Shown piece after piece: positions 1-11,496 of a stretch of 13,200 nt of DNA. This DNA is from a virus (taxonomy: Duplodnaviria; Heunggongvirae; Uroviricota; Caudoviricetes). Location of the stretch: IMG/VR virus record IMGVR_UViG_2657245439_000001. One strand, given 5' to 3'. Positions within the stretch are counted from its first letter, which is position 1. Every line of letters starts with the position of its first letter. The translations under genes were made by a program, and so were the position numbers. Below the pieces are notes generated by a model that was not told the DNA's origin, made no database searches, and saw only the letters and a program-made list of their open reading frames with translations.

Positions 1-1399
1 CCTTCAGGCGCTGTTCCGTGCCTTCCCGTTCTGCCTGCCGGTCAGTCAGCCCCCGGCTTTTCGCATCAATGGCGGCCCGTTTTGCCCGTTGCTGCTGTGC
101 GAATTTATCCGCCTGCTGCGCCAGCGCGTTCAGGTGCTCCTGATACGTAACCTTGTCGCCAAGTGCAGCCAGCTGGCGCTTGTACTCCAGCGTCTCGTCT
201 TTATGCGCCAGCAGGGATTTCTCCTGTGCAGACAGCTGGCGACGTTGCGCCGCCTCCTCCAGTACCGCGAACTGATTCTCCGCCTTCCACAAATCCCGGC
301 GCTGCTGGCTGATTTTCTCATTCGCTCCGGCATGCTTCTCCAGCGTCCGGAGTTCTGCCTGAAGCGTCAGAAGGGCAGCATGAGCACTGTCTTCCTGACG
401 ATCGCCCGCAGACACCTTCACGCCGGAGTGCTTCGGCTTTTTCAGCGTCGCTTCATAGTCCTTTTTCGCCGCCATCAGCGTGTTGTAATCTGCCTGCAGG
501 ATTTTCCCGTCCTTCAGTGCCTTGTTCAGTTCTTCCTGACGGGCGGTATATTTCTCCAGCGGCGTCTGCAGGCGTTCGTAAGCCTTCTGCGCCTCTTCGG
601 TATATTTCAGCCGTGATGCCTCAGAGTCGGCCCAGTCCTTTGCTGCCATCTCTCTGGCCTTTTCAAGATCGGCCTGCAACGTGGCGGCTGAAAGCCCAAG
701 TTGCGCATTCGCTCTGTCCTCCCATGCTCCACGGAGATTGGCAAGAAATGCTGAGGTTTTACCGCGCCGGTGGCTTCGGCTCTGATACCACTGCCATTTT
801 TTATCCGCTTCATCAAAAGCCTTTTCAGCTTTGGCGAGCATATCTGCAGAGGAGTCCGGGCGGCCAATATCCAGCACCGCATCCCACATGGATTTGAATG
901 CCTGTGCAGTCTTGTCAGCCCAGGTCTCCAGCGTACCCATGTTATCTTTCAGGCGGCGGGTCTGGTCATCAAACCCTTTCGTTGCGGCCTCGTTCGCCGC
1001 CTGCAACGCCCCGGCCCCATCGCCGGAACGCTGCAACTGAGCAACATACGCAATCTGTTCCGCCGTCACGTTATGGAACTGGCGCGCCATCGCCGTCAAC
1101 CCAGACGTCGGGTCAGTGGTCAGCTTCCCGAAGGCTTCAGCGACCTTGTCCACCTCCACGCCGGATGCAGAGGAGAAACGCGCCACACTCTGGCTGATTG
1201 CCTCAAACTGCTCACCACCACGCACACCGGCATTCACCAGCGCCGTCAGTGACTCGCTGGTCTGGTTAAACGTCAGCCCTGCCGCCTGCCCGGTTCTGGA
1301 CAGGGCCAGCATACGATCTGCCGTCAGTCCCGCCTGATTACCGGAAAGGACCAGCGTTTTGTTGAAATTAGACAGGGTTGAGTCACCCTGATACCAGGC
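1..1399 (-). pseudogene. H: Tail tape measure protein H, portion downstream of the in-frame TAG; frame stays open to the window edge
   Basis: I translated the minus strand codon by codon from 1399 to 2 in the H frame and found no stop codon. The product (e.g. ...KRQLAALGDKVTYQEHLNALAQQADKFAQQQRAKRAAIDAKSRGLTDRQAEREGTEQRLK) is clearly tape-measure-like and continues past position 1. It is separated from the H start only by the TAG at 1400-1402. First in-frame ATG after the stop is at 1312-1310. Confidence 0.8.
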
Positions 1400-1810
1400 C
1401 TACGTCAGCGCACCGGTCGCCACCGCTAGCGAAGTGATACCAACCATCGGCAGGGTGATCGCACCGGCAAGTCCCCTGAACATGGGGATCATCCCGCCAA
1501 AGGCGTCCTTCACCTGACCGCCCTGTTGCAGCAGGATCAGCCACGGACTTTGCCCGCCTGCAAGCTGCGTGGCCACGTCGGTGAACTGCGCAGGCAGCAT
1601 ACGCATGGCAGCTTTATACTGCCCGACGGAAATCCCCGCTTTCTGTGCAGCCAGCGCCTGTCGGTTCATCGACTGCTCAACAACTGCCGCTGTTTTTTTC
1701 GCATCACTTTCCGTACCGGAAAAATGACGCCTGACTCTGGCCATCTGCTCGTCAAATCTGGCCGCATCCAGACTCAAATCAACGACCAGATCGCCTACCG
1801 GTTCAGCCAT
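1400..1810 (-). CDS. H: Tail tape measure protein H, N-terminal 136-codon fragment ending at an in-frame amber TAG
   Basis: ATG at 1810-1808 overlaps the T stop (ATGGCTGA arrangement). The 136-aa product MAEPVGDLVVDLSLDAARFDEQMARVRRHF... matches the lambda gpH N-terminus. TAG at 1402-1400 falls where a sense codon is expected. Confidence 0.85.
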   Translation of the reverse strand: MAEPVGDLVVDLSLDAARFDEQMARVRRHFSGTESDAKKTAAVVEQSMNRQALAAQKAGISVGQYKAAMRMLPAQFTDVATQLAGGQSPWLILLQQGGQVKDAFGGMIPMFRGLAGAITLPMVGITSLAVATGALT

Positions 1811-2321
1811 ACCGGACTCCTCCTGCGATCCCTTCTGATACTGTCATCAGCATTACGTCATCCTCCGTCATGTCCGCCACATCCGGGGAAGCGGGGATAA
1901 CTTCATTCCCGTCAGGGCCAAAACGAACGCCTCCGGCAAGCCCTGCCGCTTTCTGCATCAGCACATCATCTTCAGGCTCTTCGTCAACCTCACGCCGGCT
2001 CAGCAGACTGAAATCCAGCGGATGCATATCCGGATCGCTGAAAAACAGGCTGAGCACGGTGTACGTCAGCCCGGAAAAGTGCATATCCAGCAGAACATCA
2101 TGAAAATAATGGGTACTGTAAAAGCGGTGCCAGTCGGCATACTCCGTGGATGACATCCCGGCAAGCATGGCGCGCCAGTCGGGTCGCCCCATCTCACGCG
2201 CCAGTTTCAGGGCAAAACTCAGACATTCCGGACAGACGTAACACCACGTTTTCAGCCTGAGCAATTGCCTCCGTGGGCCAGGTGGTAAGCACTTCCTGCT
2301 CAATCTGTTTAACGGCTTCAT
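1803..2321 (-). CDS. T: Tail assembly chaperone T-domain ORF (the T part of G-T); homology to gpT begins near 2237, upstream codons are an out-of-frame shadow of G
   Basis: The product ...ALKLAREMGRPDWRAMLAGMSSTEYADWHRFYSTHYFHDVLLDMHFSGLTYTVLSLFFSDPDMHPLDF...GIAGGVRYG matches lambda gpT. Its stop TGA at 1805-1803 overlaps the H start. The frame is +1 relative to G, not the -1 expected for lambdoid G-T. Confidence 0.75.
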   Translation of the reverse strand: MKPLNRLSRKCLPPGPRRQLLRLKTWCYVCPECLSFALKLAREMGRPDWRAMLAGMSSTEYADWHRFYSTHYFHDVLLDMHFSGLTYTVLSLFFSDPDMHPLDFSLLSRREVDEEPEDDVLMQKAAGLAGGVRFGPDGNEVIPASPDVADMTEDDVMLMTVSEGIAGGVRYG

Positions 2322-2544
2322 TCATGGACGGCATCTGCGTCTTCTTCGGATGGTTATGCCACAGGGACATCGCCACCACAAAAGCGCCGGTTCTGATGAC
2401 GTCTTCCACAGTAAACTTCCGGTTGCTGTCGGATTCTGCCTGCTGTTTCATCAGGGCGAGATGCTCAATACGCTGCAGGGCTGACAGTTCAGAAAGCGTG
2501 ACAGTCACGCCGTTATATTCAAATGATTCGGTTTTCAGGAACAT
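2194..2544 (-). CDS. G: Tail assembly chaperone G, C-terminally truncated (116 aa versus about 140 in lambda)
   Basis: ATG at 2544. The first ~110 aa (MFLKTESFEYNGVTVTLSELSALQRIEHLALMK...VLRLSGMSEF) match lambda gpG, followed by 6 unrelated residues (CPETGA) and TGA at 2196-2194. Confidence 0.85.
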   Translation of the reverse strand: MFLKTESFEYNGVTVTLSELSALQRIEHLALMKQQAESDSNRKFTVEDVIRTGAFVVAMSLWHNHPKKTQMPSMNEAVKQIEQEVLTTWPTEAIAQAENVVLRLSGMSEFCPETGA

Positions 2545-2559
2545 CGCTGACTCTCCGGA

Positions 2560-3300
2560 TTAGCTGTCGGTGACGTTGATTTCTGCAACCGCAGCAAACT
2601 CACCATTACCGGATACGACCGGAATGTTGACCTTGCCTGCAGCAACGCCCTTCACGGTGATGGTCATACCACTGACCGACACGGTGGCTTTTGTTTTATC
2701 CGCTGACACCGCACGGAAGCTCTTGTCGGTTGCGCCTTCCGGCTGGAATGCCACGGTCAGCGTGGTGCTCTGCCCTTTCACTACGGAAGCACTGGCTGGC
2801 GTTACCGTCATGCCGGTTGCCGCTGTCACCGTGCTGCGATCTTCTGCCATTGACGGACGGCCCACATTGGTGACCTTCACCGTACGGGTGATCACTTCCT
2901 TCGCCGTCACCGCCTTACCGATACTGCTGACCCAGCCACGGAACACATCGACCGTGCCGTTCGGGAAGCGGATTTTATAGGCACGGGTATCGCCTTCATT
3001 AAACCACGCCAGCAGCGCCTGCTGCCCCTGCTCTCCGGGCATCCACGCCAGCGTGAAGCTGGTATCTCCGGCGGATTTCTGCCCCTGCCCGGTCGCGGCC
3101 CAGTCCGGATCTTCATCATCGAGATAACTGTCGTCATAGGACTCTGCGGTCAGTTCGCCGGGCGTCAGTTCTTTAACTTTTGCCAGACGCGACCAGTCAA
3201 CGTCTGAAAGCGGGTTCGCATAAGGGTCACCGCTCCCCTTATAAACCCACAGAGTGGTTCCGGCACCTTTCACCGGTGCCAGAGGATTTGGTGTTGGCAT
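2560..3300 (-). CDS. V: Major tail tube protein V with C-terminal Ig-like domain
   Basis: ATG at 3300 preceded by a GAGGA RBS. The 246-aa product [36 protein letters not shown]... matches lambda gpV in length and sequence. The track ORF is extended upstream to 3330, but the internal ATG is the conserved start. Confidence 0.93.
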   Translation of the reverse strand: MPTPNPLAPVKGAGTTLWVYKGSGDPYANPLSDVDWSRLAKVKELTPGELTAESYDDSYLDDEDPDWAATGQGQKSAGDTSFTLAWMPGEQGQQALLAWFNEGDTRAYKIRFPNGTVDVFRGWVSSIGKAVTAKEVITRTVKVTNVGRPSMAEDRSTVTAATGMTVTPASASVVKGQSTTLTVAFQPEGATDKSFRAVSADKTKATVSVSGMTITVKGVAAGKVNIPVVSGNGEFAAVAEINVTDS

Positions 3301-3307
3301 ATCGTCC

Positions 3308-3703
3308 TCACATTTCATAGGTAATGACATAAGTCAGATCGGCTGAACTCCACAGGCCCGCATCATCGTCGCGCCGGTAGTCATAGCCACTGGCCACCAT
3401 ACTGGCGATCAAATCTGACAGTGCCGGGATATCGTTCATCACCGGATAAATCCGGGACTCCATCCACGCATCCAGCTCTGAATCCGGTACCTGAGCAGGC
3501 AGGAAAACTTCAATATGCAGCTCCGCCTGCCAGGTATCGCTGTCCAGCTCTTCGCCCGTGTATTCAGCGCCGGTGAGATAAACGGCAACTGCCGGAAAAT
3601 CCGCCTCATCAAAAACAGCGGGGCGACCATCAAAAAGCGTCGCCCCGGTGTCATGCTTCTCCAGTGCATCCAGTACGGCTGCACGGAGTTCAGTATGTTT
3701 CAT
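3308..3703 (-). CDS. U: Tail terminator protein U
   Basis: 131-aa product [36 protein letters not shown]... matches lambda gpU. Its ATG overlaps the Z stop (ATGA). Confidence 0.93.
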   Translation of the reverse strand: MKHTELRAAVLDALEKHDTGATLFDGRPAVFDEADFPAVAVYLTGAEYTGEELDSDTWQAELHIEVFLPAQVPDSELDAWMESRIYPVMNDIPALSDLIASMVASGYDYRRDDDAGLWSSADLTYVITYEM

Positions 3704-4233
3704 CGCTTTATCGCAATCCTCAGTTGTTGTTTCAGGGCGTATTCCAGTTCTTTCGGCAAACGTTCACGCCGTATCTGTTCAATATTCTGTTTAAACGCCG
3801 TGGTCAGCGGCACCGCCATCGGGATTTTCACCACATCAATGGGGTAACGGTTTTTCCCGGCCACACGCTGCATGACATGCCAGCGACCATTTTTTAATCG
3901 CTGGATAAATGCCCGCTGATAACGATGCTGACCGGCCCGTAGCGTACTGTTGGGACGACTTCCGGTGATCCGTATCCCCAGTTTGATGACAGGTAAATCA
4001 CCGCGGTTAACAATGATTTTTACGTGCGGATTTTTGACCGTGGCCTTTTTCAGTCTGGCCCTTTCCTTTACCAGTTTTCGCCGCACCTTTGTCTCACGGG
4101 CAACCTGTGACGCCGACTGATTCATTGCCGTTGTGGCCACGCGGTTAATGGCCATTGCGGAGGCACCGGGCACTGCCGTTTTGCTGATACGGCTGAGGTT
4201 TTCAACGGCCTGCTCAAGACCTTTTATGGCCAT
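3700..4233 (-). CDS. Z: Tail completion protein Z, with a divergent and shorter central segment
   Basis: ATG at 4233 with a GGAGGAGG RBS. The N- and C-terminal regions match lambda gpZ (MAIKGLEQAVENLSRISKTAVPGA... and ...KNGRWHVMQRVAGKNRYPIDVVKIPMAVPLTTAFKQNIE...). The product is 177 aa versus 192 as recalled for lambda. Confidence 0.88.
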   Translation of the reverse strand: MAIKGLEQAVENLSRISKTAVPGASAMAINRVATTAMNQSASQVARETKVRRKLVKERARLKKATVKNPHVKIIVNRGDLPVIKLGIRITGSRPNSTLRAGQHRYQRAFIQRLKNGRWHVMQRVAGKNRYPIDVVKIPMAVPLTTAFKQNIEQIRRERLPKELEYALKQQLRIAIKR

Positions 4234-4244
4234 ACCTCCTCCTT

Positions 4245-4598
4245 TCAGCGACGACGGTTAACGGCAGGCGGCACGCCACGCCCAAGCCAGAGATGACAGC
4301 TTCCGCCATCATCCGGTGAAATCCGGTCTATCCAGAAGTTTTCCTCACCGATGGTCAGCGTGTCGCCGCGCCGCAGCTGCCGCACATCATCAGTCCGGAC
4401 AAACAGGGACGGGCAGGAGCCTTCAACACGTACGCCCTGTCCGGCATAGCTGATATTTTCAGGGTCATCAAAAACACCACGTATTACTGCGCCGGACTGC
4501 TCACCGGATGTCATGGTGGCTGACGTTCCCATGTACCCGCGTATCGTTTCATCGGCGCGGGCAATGGCAGCATCGAACAGGTTATCGAAATCAGCCAC
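4245..4598 (-). CDS. FII: Head-tail connector / head completion protein FII (GTG start)
   Basis: 117-aa product (M)ADFDNLFDAAIARADETIRGYMGTSATMTSGEQSGAVIRGVF... matches lambda gpFII. The start codon is GTG at 4598-4596, preceded by GGGAGGCG. Confidence 0.92.
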   Translation of the reverse strand: MADFDNLFDAAIARADETIRGYMGTSATMTSGEQSGAVIRGVFDDPENISYAGQGVRVEGSCPSLFVRTDDVRQLRRGDTLTIGEENFWIDRISPDDGGSCHLWLGRGVPPAVNRRR

Positions 4599-4609
4599 AG
4601 CGCCTCCCG

Positions 4610-5005
4610 TTATTGCATTCTGGCCAGGCCATGTTCTGTCATTTCGGCTGCCACACTGGCAGAAACACGGAACGCCGTTCCCGGCAGCACAAATGCCACA
4701 GCCTCATCCCGCGTGGCGTGAAGTGCATCAGTATGCAGCGTCACCAGTGCCACAACCGTGACCAGATCAGCCGTATCAGTCACGGTACCCGGCTGCGCTG
4801 ACACCACCTCATTTTCATGCCCGGTCAGCGCATTTTCCGGGCTGACAGACGTGTCCTGACCGGCAGCGTCATCCGTGTCATCAAGCTCCTCTTCCAGCTC
4901 TGCCACACGGAGCGCCAGTTCTTCTTTCGTCCCCGTCAGGCTGACATCACGGTTCAGTTGCTCACCCAGCACCTGAAGACGGGAAATCAGTTCATCTTTC
5001 GTCAT
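4610..5005 (-). CDS. FI: DNA packaging accessory protein FI
   Basis: ATG at 5005 preceded by GGAGGAG. The 131-aa product MTKDELISRLQVLGEQLNRDVSLTGTKEELALRVAELEEEL... matches lambda gpFI. The track ORF is extended to 5044; the internal ATG with an RBS is chosen. Confidence 0.9.
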   Translation of the reverse strand: MTKDELISRLQVLGEQLNRDVSLTGTKEELALRVAELEEELDDTDDAAGQDTSVSPENALTGHENEVVSAQPGTVTDTADLVTVVALVTLHTDALHATRDEAVAFVLPGTAFRVSASVAAEMTEHGLARMQ

Positions 5006-5026
5006 GGACTCCTCCACAGAGAGAAA

Positions 5027-5044
5027 ATGGCCCCGAAGGGCCAT
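5027..5044 (-). other. Stem-loop with UUCG tetraloop directly after the E stop and before the FI RBS
   Basis: Minus-strand RNA AUGGCCC-UUCG-GGGCCAU (7-bp perfect stem, UUCG loop) starts 2 nt after the E TAA and is followed by UUUCUCUCU and the GGAGGAG RBS of FI. Confidence 0.5.
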
Positions 5045-5046
5045 GA

Positions 5047-6072
5047 TTACGCCAGTTGTACGGACACGAACGCATCAGGGTCAGCCAGCAGCATCAGCGG
5101 TGCTGACTGAATCATGGTGAACTCACGCGCCGGATCGCCGGTGGTCACCCAGTTTTTCGGGTAGCGGGCAGAGGCGTTAATACCTTCGCGCTGTGCGTCC
5201 GCATCCTGAATGCAGCCATAGGTGCGCAGACCGCGTGCCTGAGTGTTCCCCAGCACCATCGTGTTGTCCGGAAGGAAGTTCTTTTTGACGTCGTTTTCCA
5301 CGTACTGTCCGGAATACACGACGATCGCCGTATCGCCATACATCCCCTTATAGGACACCGCTTCGCCCAGGTCTTTTACCGCTGTCTCCAGCTCGGAATT
5401 AGAGCCGCGACGGGTATCCAGCTTCTCCTTGACGGCTTTGAAGGAACGGAACAGCGCCCAGCCTTTTGGATCGAACACGATGATATTCACCACACCGCTG
5501 GCGTTCAGCGCGTAGGCTTCGATATCGTCGGTCGGGTCATACGTGGACTTGTCACGCTTGCTCCACTCCGTGCCGCCGGACTGCGTGATGTTATTCGCCG
5601 CACTGCGGCCCATATCCACCTCAACCGGATCGAAGGCTTCACCGGTCATGGTGTATTTGCCCTTGAGCACGGCAGAAACGGCCTGCATCTCTTCGACCTG
5701 GGCAATGGCAAGCTCCTCATCGCGCATGTTCTGCAGGATGATGCGACGGCGGCGGTAAGCAGGGTCTGCCAGATTCTGTGGATCTTCATCCGGCAGGCGA
5801 CGCAGGATCATCTGCGGATTCACCTCATGCTTGGGTTTGACATATCCCGGCGTAAATTCAGAGGTGGAGCCGCCACGGGAGCGGATAACCTCACCGGAAA
5901 CAATCGGCGAAACGTACAGCGCCATGTTTACCAGTCCCGGAATTTGTGAGAGATAGACTTTCTCCGTGGTGAAGAGATAGCTCTCACGGAAAAAAAGACG
6001 CAGAAACAGCGGATCAAACTTAAATTTCTGCTCATTTGCCGCCAGCAGCTGGCCGGTTGTGTACATCGACAT
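5047..6072 (-). CDS. E: Major capsid protein E
   Basis: 341-aa product MSMYTTGQLLAANEQKFKFDPLFLRLFFRESY...FVSVQLA matches lambda gpE at the same length. ATG at 6072; the track extension to 6099 is rejected. Confidence 0.95.
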   Translation of the reverse strand: MSMYTTGQLLAANEQKFKFDPLFLRLFFRESYLFTTEKVYLSQIPGLVNMALYVSPIVSGEVIRSRGGSTSEFTPGYVKPKHEVNPQMILRRLPDEDPQNLADPAYRRRRIILQNMRDEELAIAQVEEMQAVSAVLKGKYTMTGEAFDPVEVDMGRSAANNITQSGGTEWSKRDKSTYDPTDDIEAYALNASGVVNIIVFDPKGWALFRSFKAVKEKLDTRRGSNSELETAVKDLGEAVSYKGMYGDTAIVVYSGQYVENDVKKNFLPDNTMVLGNTQARGLRTYGCIQDADAQREGINASARYPKNWVTTGDPAREFTMIQSAPLMLLADPDAFVSVQLA

Positions 6073-6084
6073 AAAAAAATCCCG

Positions 6085-6112
6085 TAAAAAAAGCCGCACA
6101 GGCGGCCTTTAG
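6085..6112 (-). terminator. Intrinsic-terminator-like hairpin in the D-E intergenic region
   Basis: Minus-strand RNA reads AAAGGCCGC-CUGU-GCGGCUUUUUUU: a GC-rich stem of 5-6 bp with a 4-nt loop, followed by a run of seven U. It lies between the D stop (6128) and the E start (6072). Confidence 0.45.
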
Positions 6113-6127
6113 TGATGAAGGGTAAGG

Positions 6128-6460
6128 TTAAACGATGCTGATTGCCGTTCCGGCAAACGCGGTCCGTTTTTTCGTCTCGTCGGTGGCAGCCTCCGGCCAG
6201 AGCACATCCTCATAACGGAACGTGCCTGACTTGTAGAACGTCAGCGTGGTGCTGGTCTGGTCAGCAGCAACCGCTAGGATGCCAACGGCAGCACCGTCGG
6301 TGGTGCCATCCCACGCAACCAGCTTACGGGTGGAGGTATCCGGCATCAGCGGGGTCATTGCAGGCGCTTTCGCACTCAATCCGCCGGGCGCGGTTGCGGT
6401 ATGAGCCGGGTCACTGTTGCCCAGCGGCTGGTAATGGGTAAAGGTTTCTTTGCTCGTCAT
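6128..6460 (-). CDS. D: Capsid decoration protein D
   Basis: 110-aa product [39 protein letters not shown]...[10 protein letters not shown] matches lambda gpD. ATG at 6460; the track ORF starts two codons upstream. Confidence 0.95.
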   Translation of the reverse strand: MTSKETFTHYQPLGNSDPAHTATAPGGLSAKAPAMTPLMPDTSTRKLVAWDGTTDGAAVGILAVAADQTSTTLTFYKSGTFRYEDVLWPEAATDETKKRTAFAGTAISIV

Positions 6461-6469
6461 AAACATCCC

Positions 6470-7075
6470 TTACACTGGTGTGTTCAGCAAATCGTTAACG
6501 GCATCAGATGCCGGGTTACCTGCAGCCAGCGGTGCCGGTGCACCCTGCATCAGACGATCCAGCGCAGTGTCACTGCGCGCCTGTGCACTCTGTGGTGCAG
6601 CTGCCAGAATGCGGCGGGCCGTTTCCACGGTCATACCGGGGGTTCCGGCCAGCACACGTGCCTGTTCTTCGCGTCCGTGAGCCTCCTCACAGTTGAGGAT
6701 CCCCATAATGCGACTGTTTTCTGCCGCAACCGCTGCGGTGATCTGCGCGTTCACGTCCGGCTGCGCCGCGCTGGCGTTCTCGCCCTCCGTCGCTGACACC
6801 ACGTCAGTAACGTCAGCCTGCAAAGCAGTGGCTGAAACAGTTGTTGATTGAGTCTCTTTGGTCATTCGCCCTCCTGAGAGACGGGATTTACGTGCATCCA
6901 GTGCATCACGCATGACGGTGATCGTATCGGTGCTGTTAACAAGTTCATCAGCCAGTCCGGCATCAATGGCCTCCTGACCGCTGTACACTGCAGCCTCGGT
7001 ATCCAGAACAGCCTGCACGGACAGGCCGGTATATGCCGACACTTTCTGCGCAAACATCTGGCGGGTTGCATCCAT
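6470..7075 (-). CDS. Nu3: Scaffolding protein Nu3, nested in-frame in the 3' third of C
   Basis: Internal in-frame Met (MDATRQMFAQKVSAYTGLSVQ...) gives a 201-codon C-terminal ORF, matching the known C/Nu3 nested arrangement of lambda. Confidence 0.75.
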   Translation of the reverse strand: MDATRQMFAQKVSAYTGLSVQAVLDTEAAVYSGQEAIDAGLADELVNSTDTITVMRDALDARKSRLSGGRMTKETQSTTVSATALQADVTDVVSATEGENASAAQPDVNAQITAAVAAENSRIMGILNCEEAHGREEQARVLAGTPGMTVETARRILAAAPQSAQARSDTALDRLMQGAPAPLAAGNPASDAVNDLLNTPV

Positions 7076-7769
7076 CCGGGACTGCAGTGTTTCCCGGACG
7101 TCATCCGGAAGATGGCTGTAGGGGTTGCCATCCACCTTATGGCTGCCGCTGTAAATCAGCGTGATTTCCACGCCCTGTTTCTCCAGCGCAGCACCGTAAT
7201 TGCTGTGAGCCATCATGACGCCGATGGAGCCTGTCCGGGCGGTCTGCGTGACCAGACGCCGGGAAGCGGCACTGGCAAGCAACTGACCTGCACTGCAGTT
7301 CATGTCGTTGGCAAGCGCCCATACCGGTTTTATGTCACGCACACGGGCGATGATGTCAGCGCAGTCAAATGCCCCCGCCACCATCCCGCCGGGCGTGTCC
7401 ATATCGAGCAGAATGCCGTCCACCATCGGATCGCTGGCAGCCTGTTGCAGACGGGCGATAATGCCGTTGTAACCGGTCATCCCCGAATACGGCTGCAGCG
7501 CCCGCGTCCGGCTGACCAGCGTGCCGGAAACCGGCAGCACGGCGATGCCGTTCATGACCTGATAACTGCGGGCCTGTCGTGGTCCGTCATCATCACCGGA
7601 TAACGCCAGCGTCGCGGGTGCCTCTCCGGCAGTCAGGCTGTCACCGGACACCGCATCTGTCAGGCGGCTGATCCCAAGCTGGCCTGCAAGCGCACAAAAG
7701 AAAACCCGCGCATAGGCGGGTTCAAGCATCAGCGGCTCATTAAAGGCCATGCTGGCAATATGCGGGAGA

Positions 7770-7789
<20 letters not shown>
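6470..7789 (-). CDS. C: Prohead protease / head maturation protein C (GTG start, overlaps the 3' end of B by 20 nt)
   Basis: 1320 nt, 439 codons: (M)TAELRNLPHIASMAFNEPLMLEPAYARVFF...ASDAVNDLLNTPV. The GTG at 7789-7787 gives the same length and N-terminus as lambda gpC. The track's upstream ATG at 7924 would overlap B by more than 150 nt. Confidence 0.9.

Positions 7790-11470
<3,681 letters not shown>

Positions 11471-11496
<26 letters not shown>

Noticed and set aside
89-1252. Plus-strand ORFs 89..616, 770..1252, 831..1040, 898..1197 and 1116..1337 overlapping the tape measure gene
   Set aside because: They are antisense to a continuous, clearly homologous minus-strand tape measure frame. 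Their products are low-complexity and Arg/Leu/Gln-rich, typical of shadow ORFs in GC-rich coding DNA.
1400-1402. TAG in H as a recoded sense codon (pyrrolysine or programmed readthrough)
   Set aside because: Pyrrolysine decoding is not known in enterobacteria, and no readthrough-promoting context is recognisable. A nonsense lesion, suppressible only in sup hosts, is the simpler explanation.
3301-6466. Track ORF extensions upstream of the V (to 3330), FI (to 5044), E (to 6099) and D (to 6466) starts
   Set aside because: The internal ATGs reproduce the conserved lambda N-termini and lengths, and those of V and FI are preceded by good Shine-Dalgarno sequences. The extensions would overlap the preceding genes.
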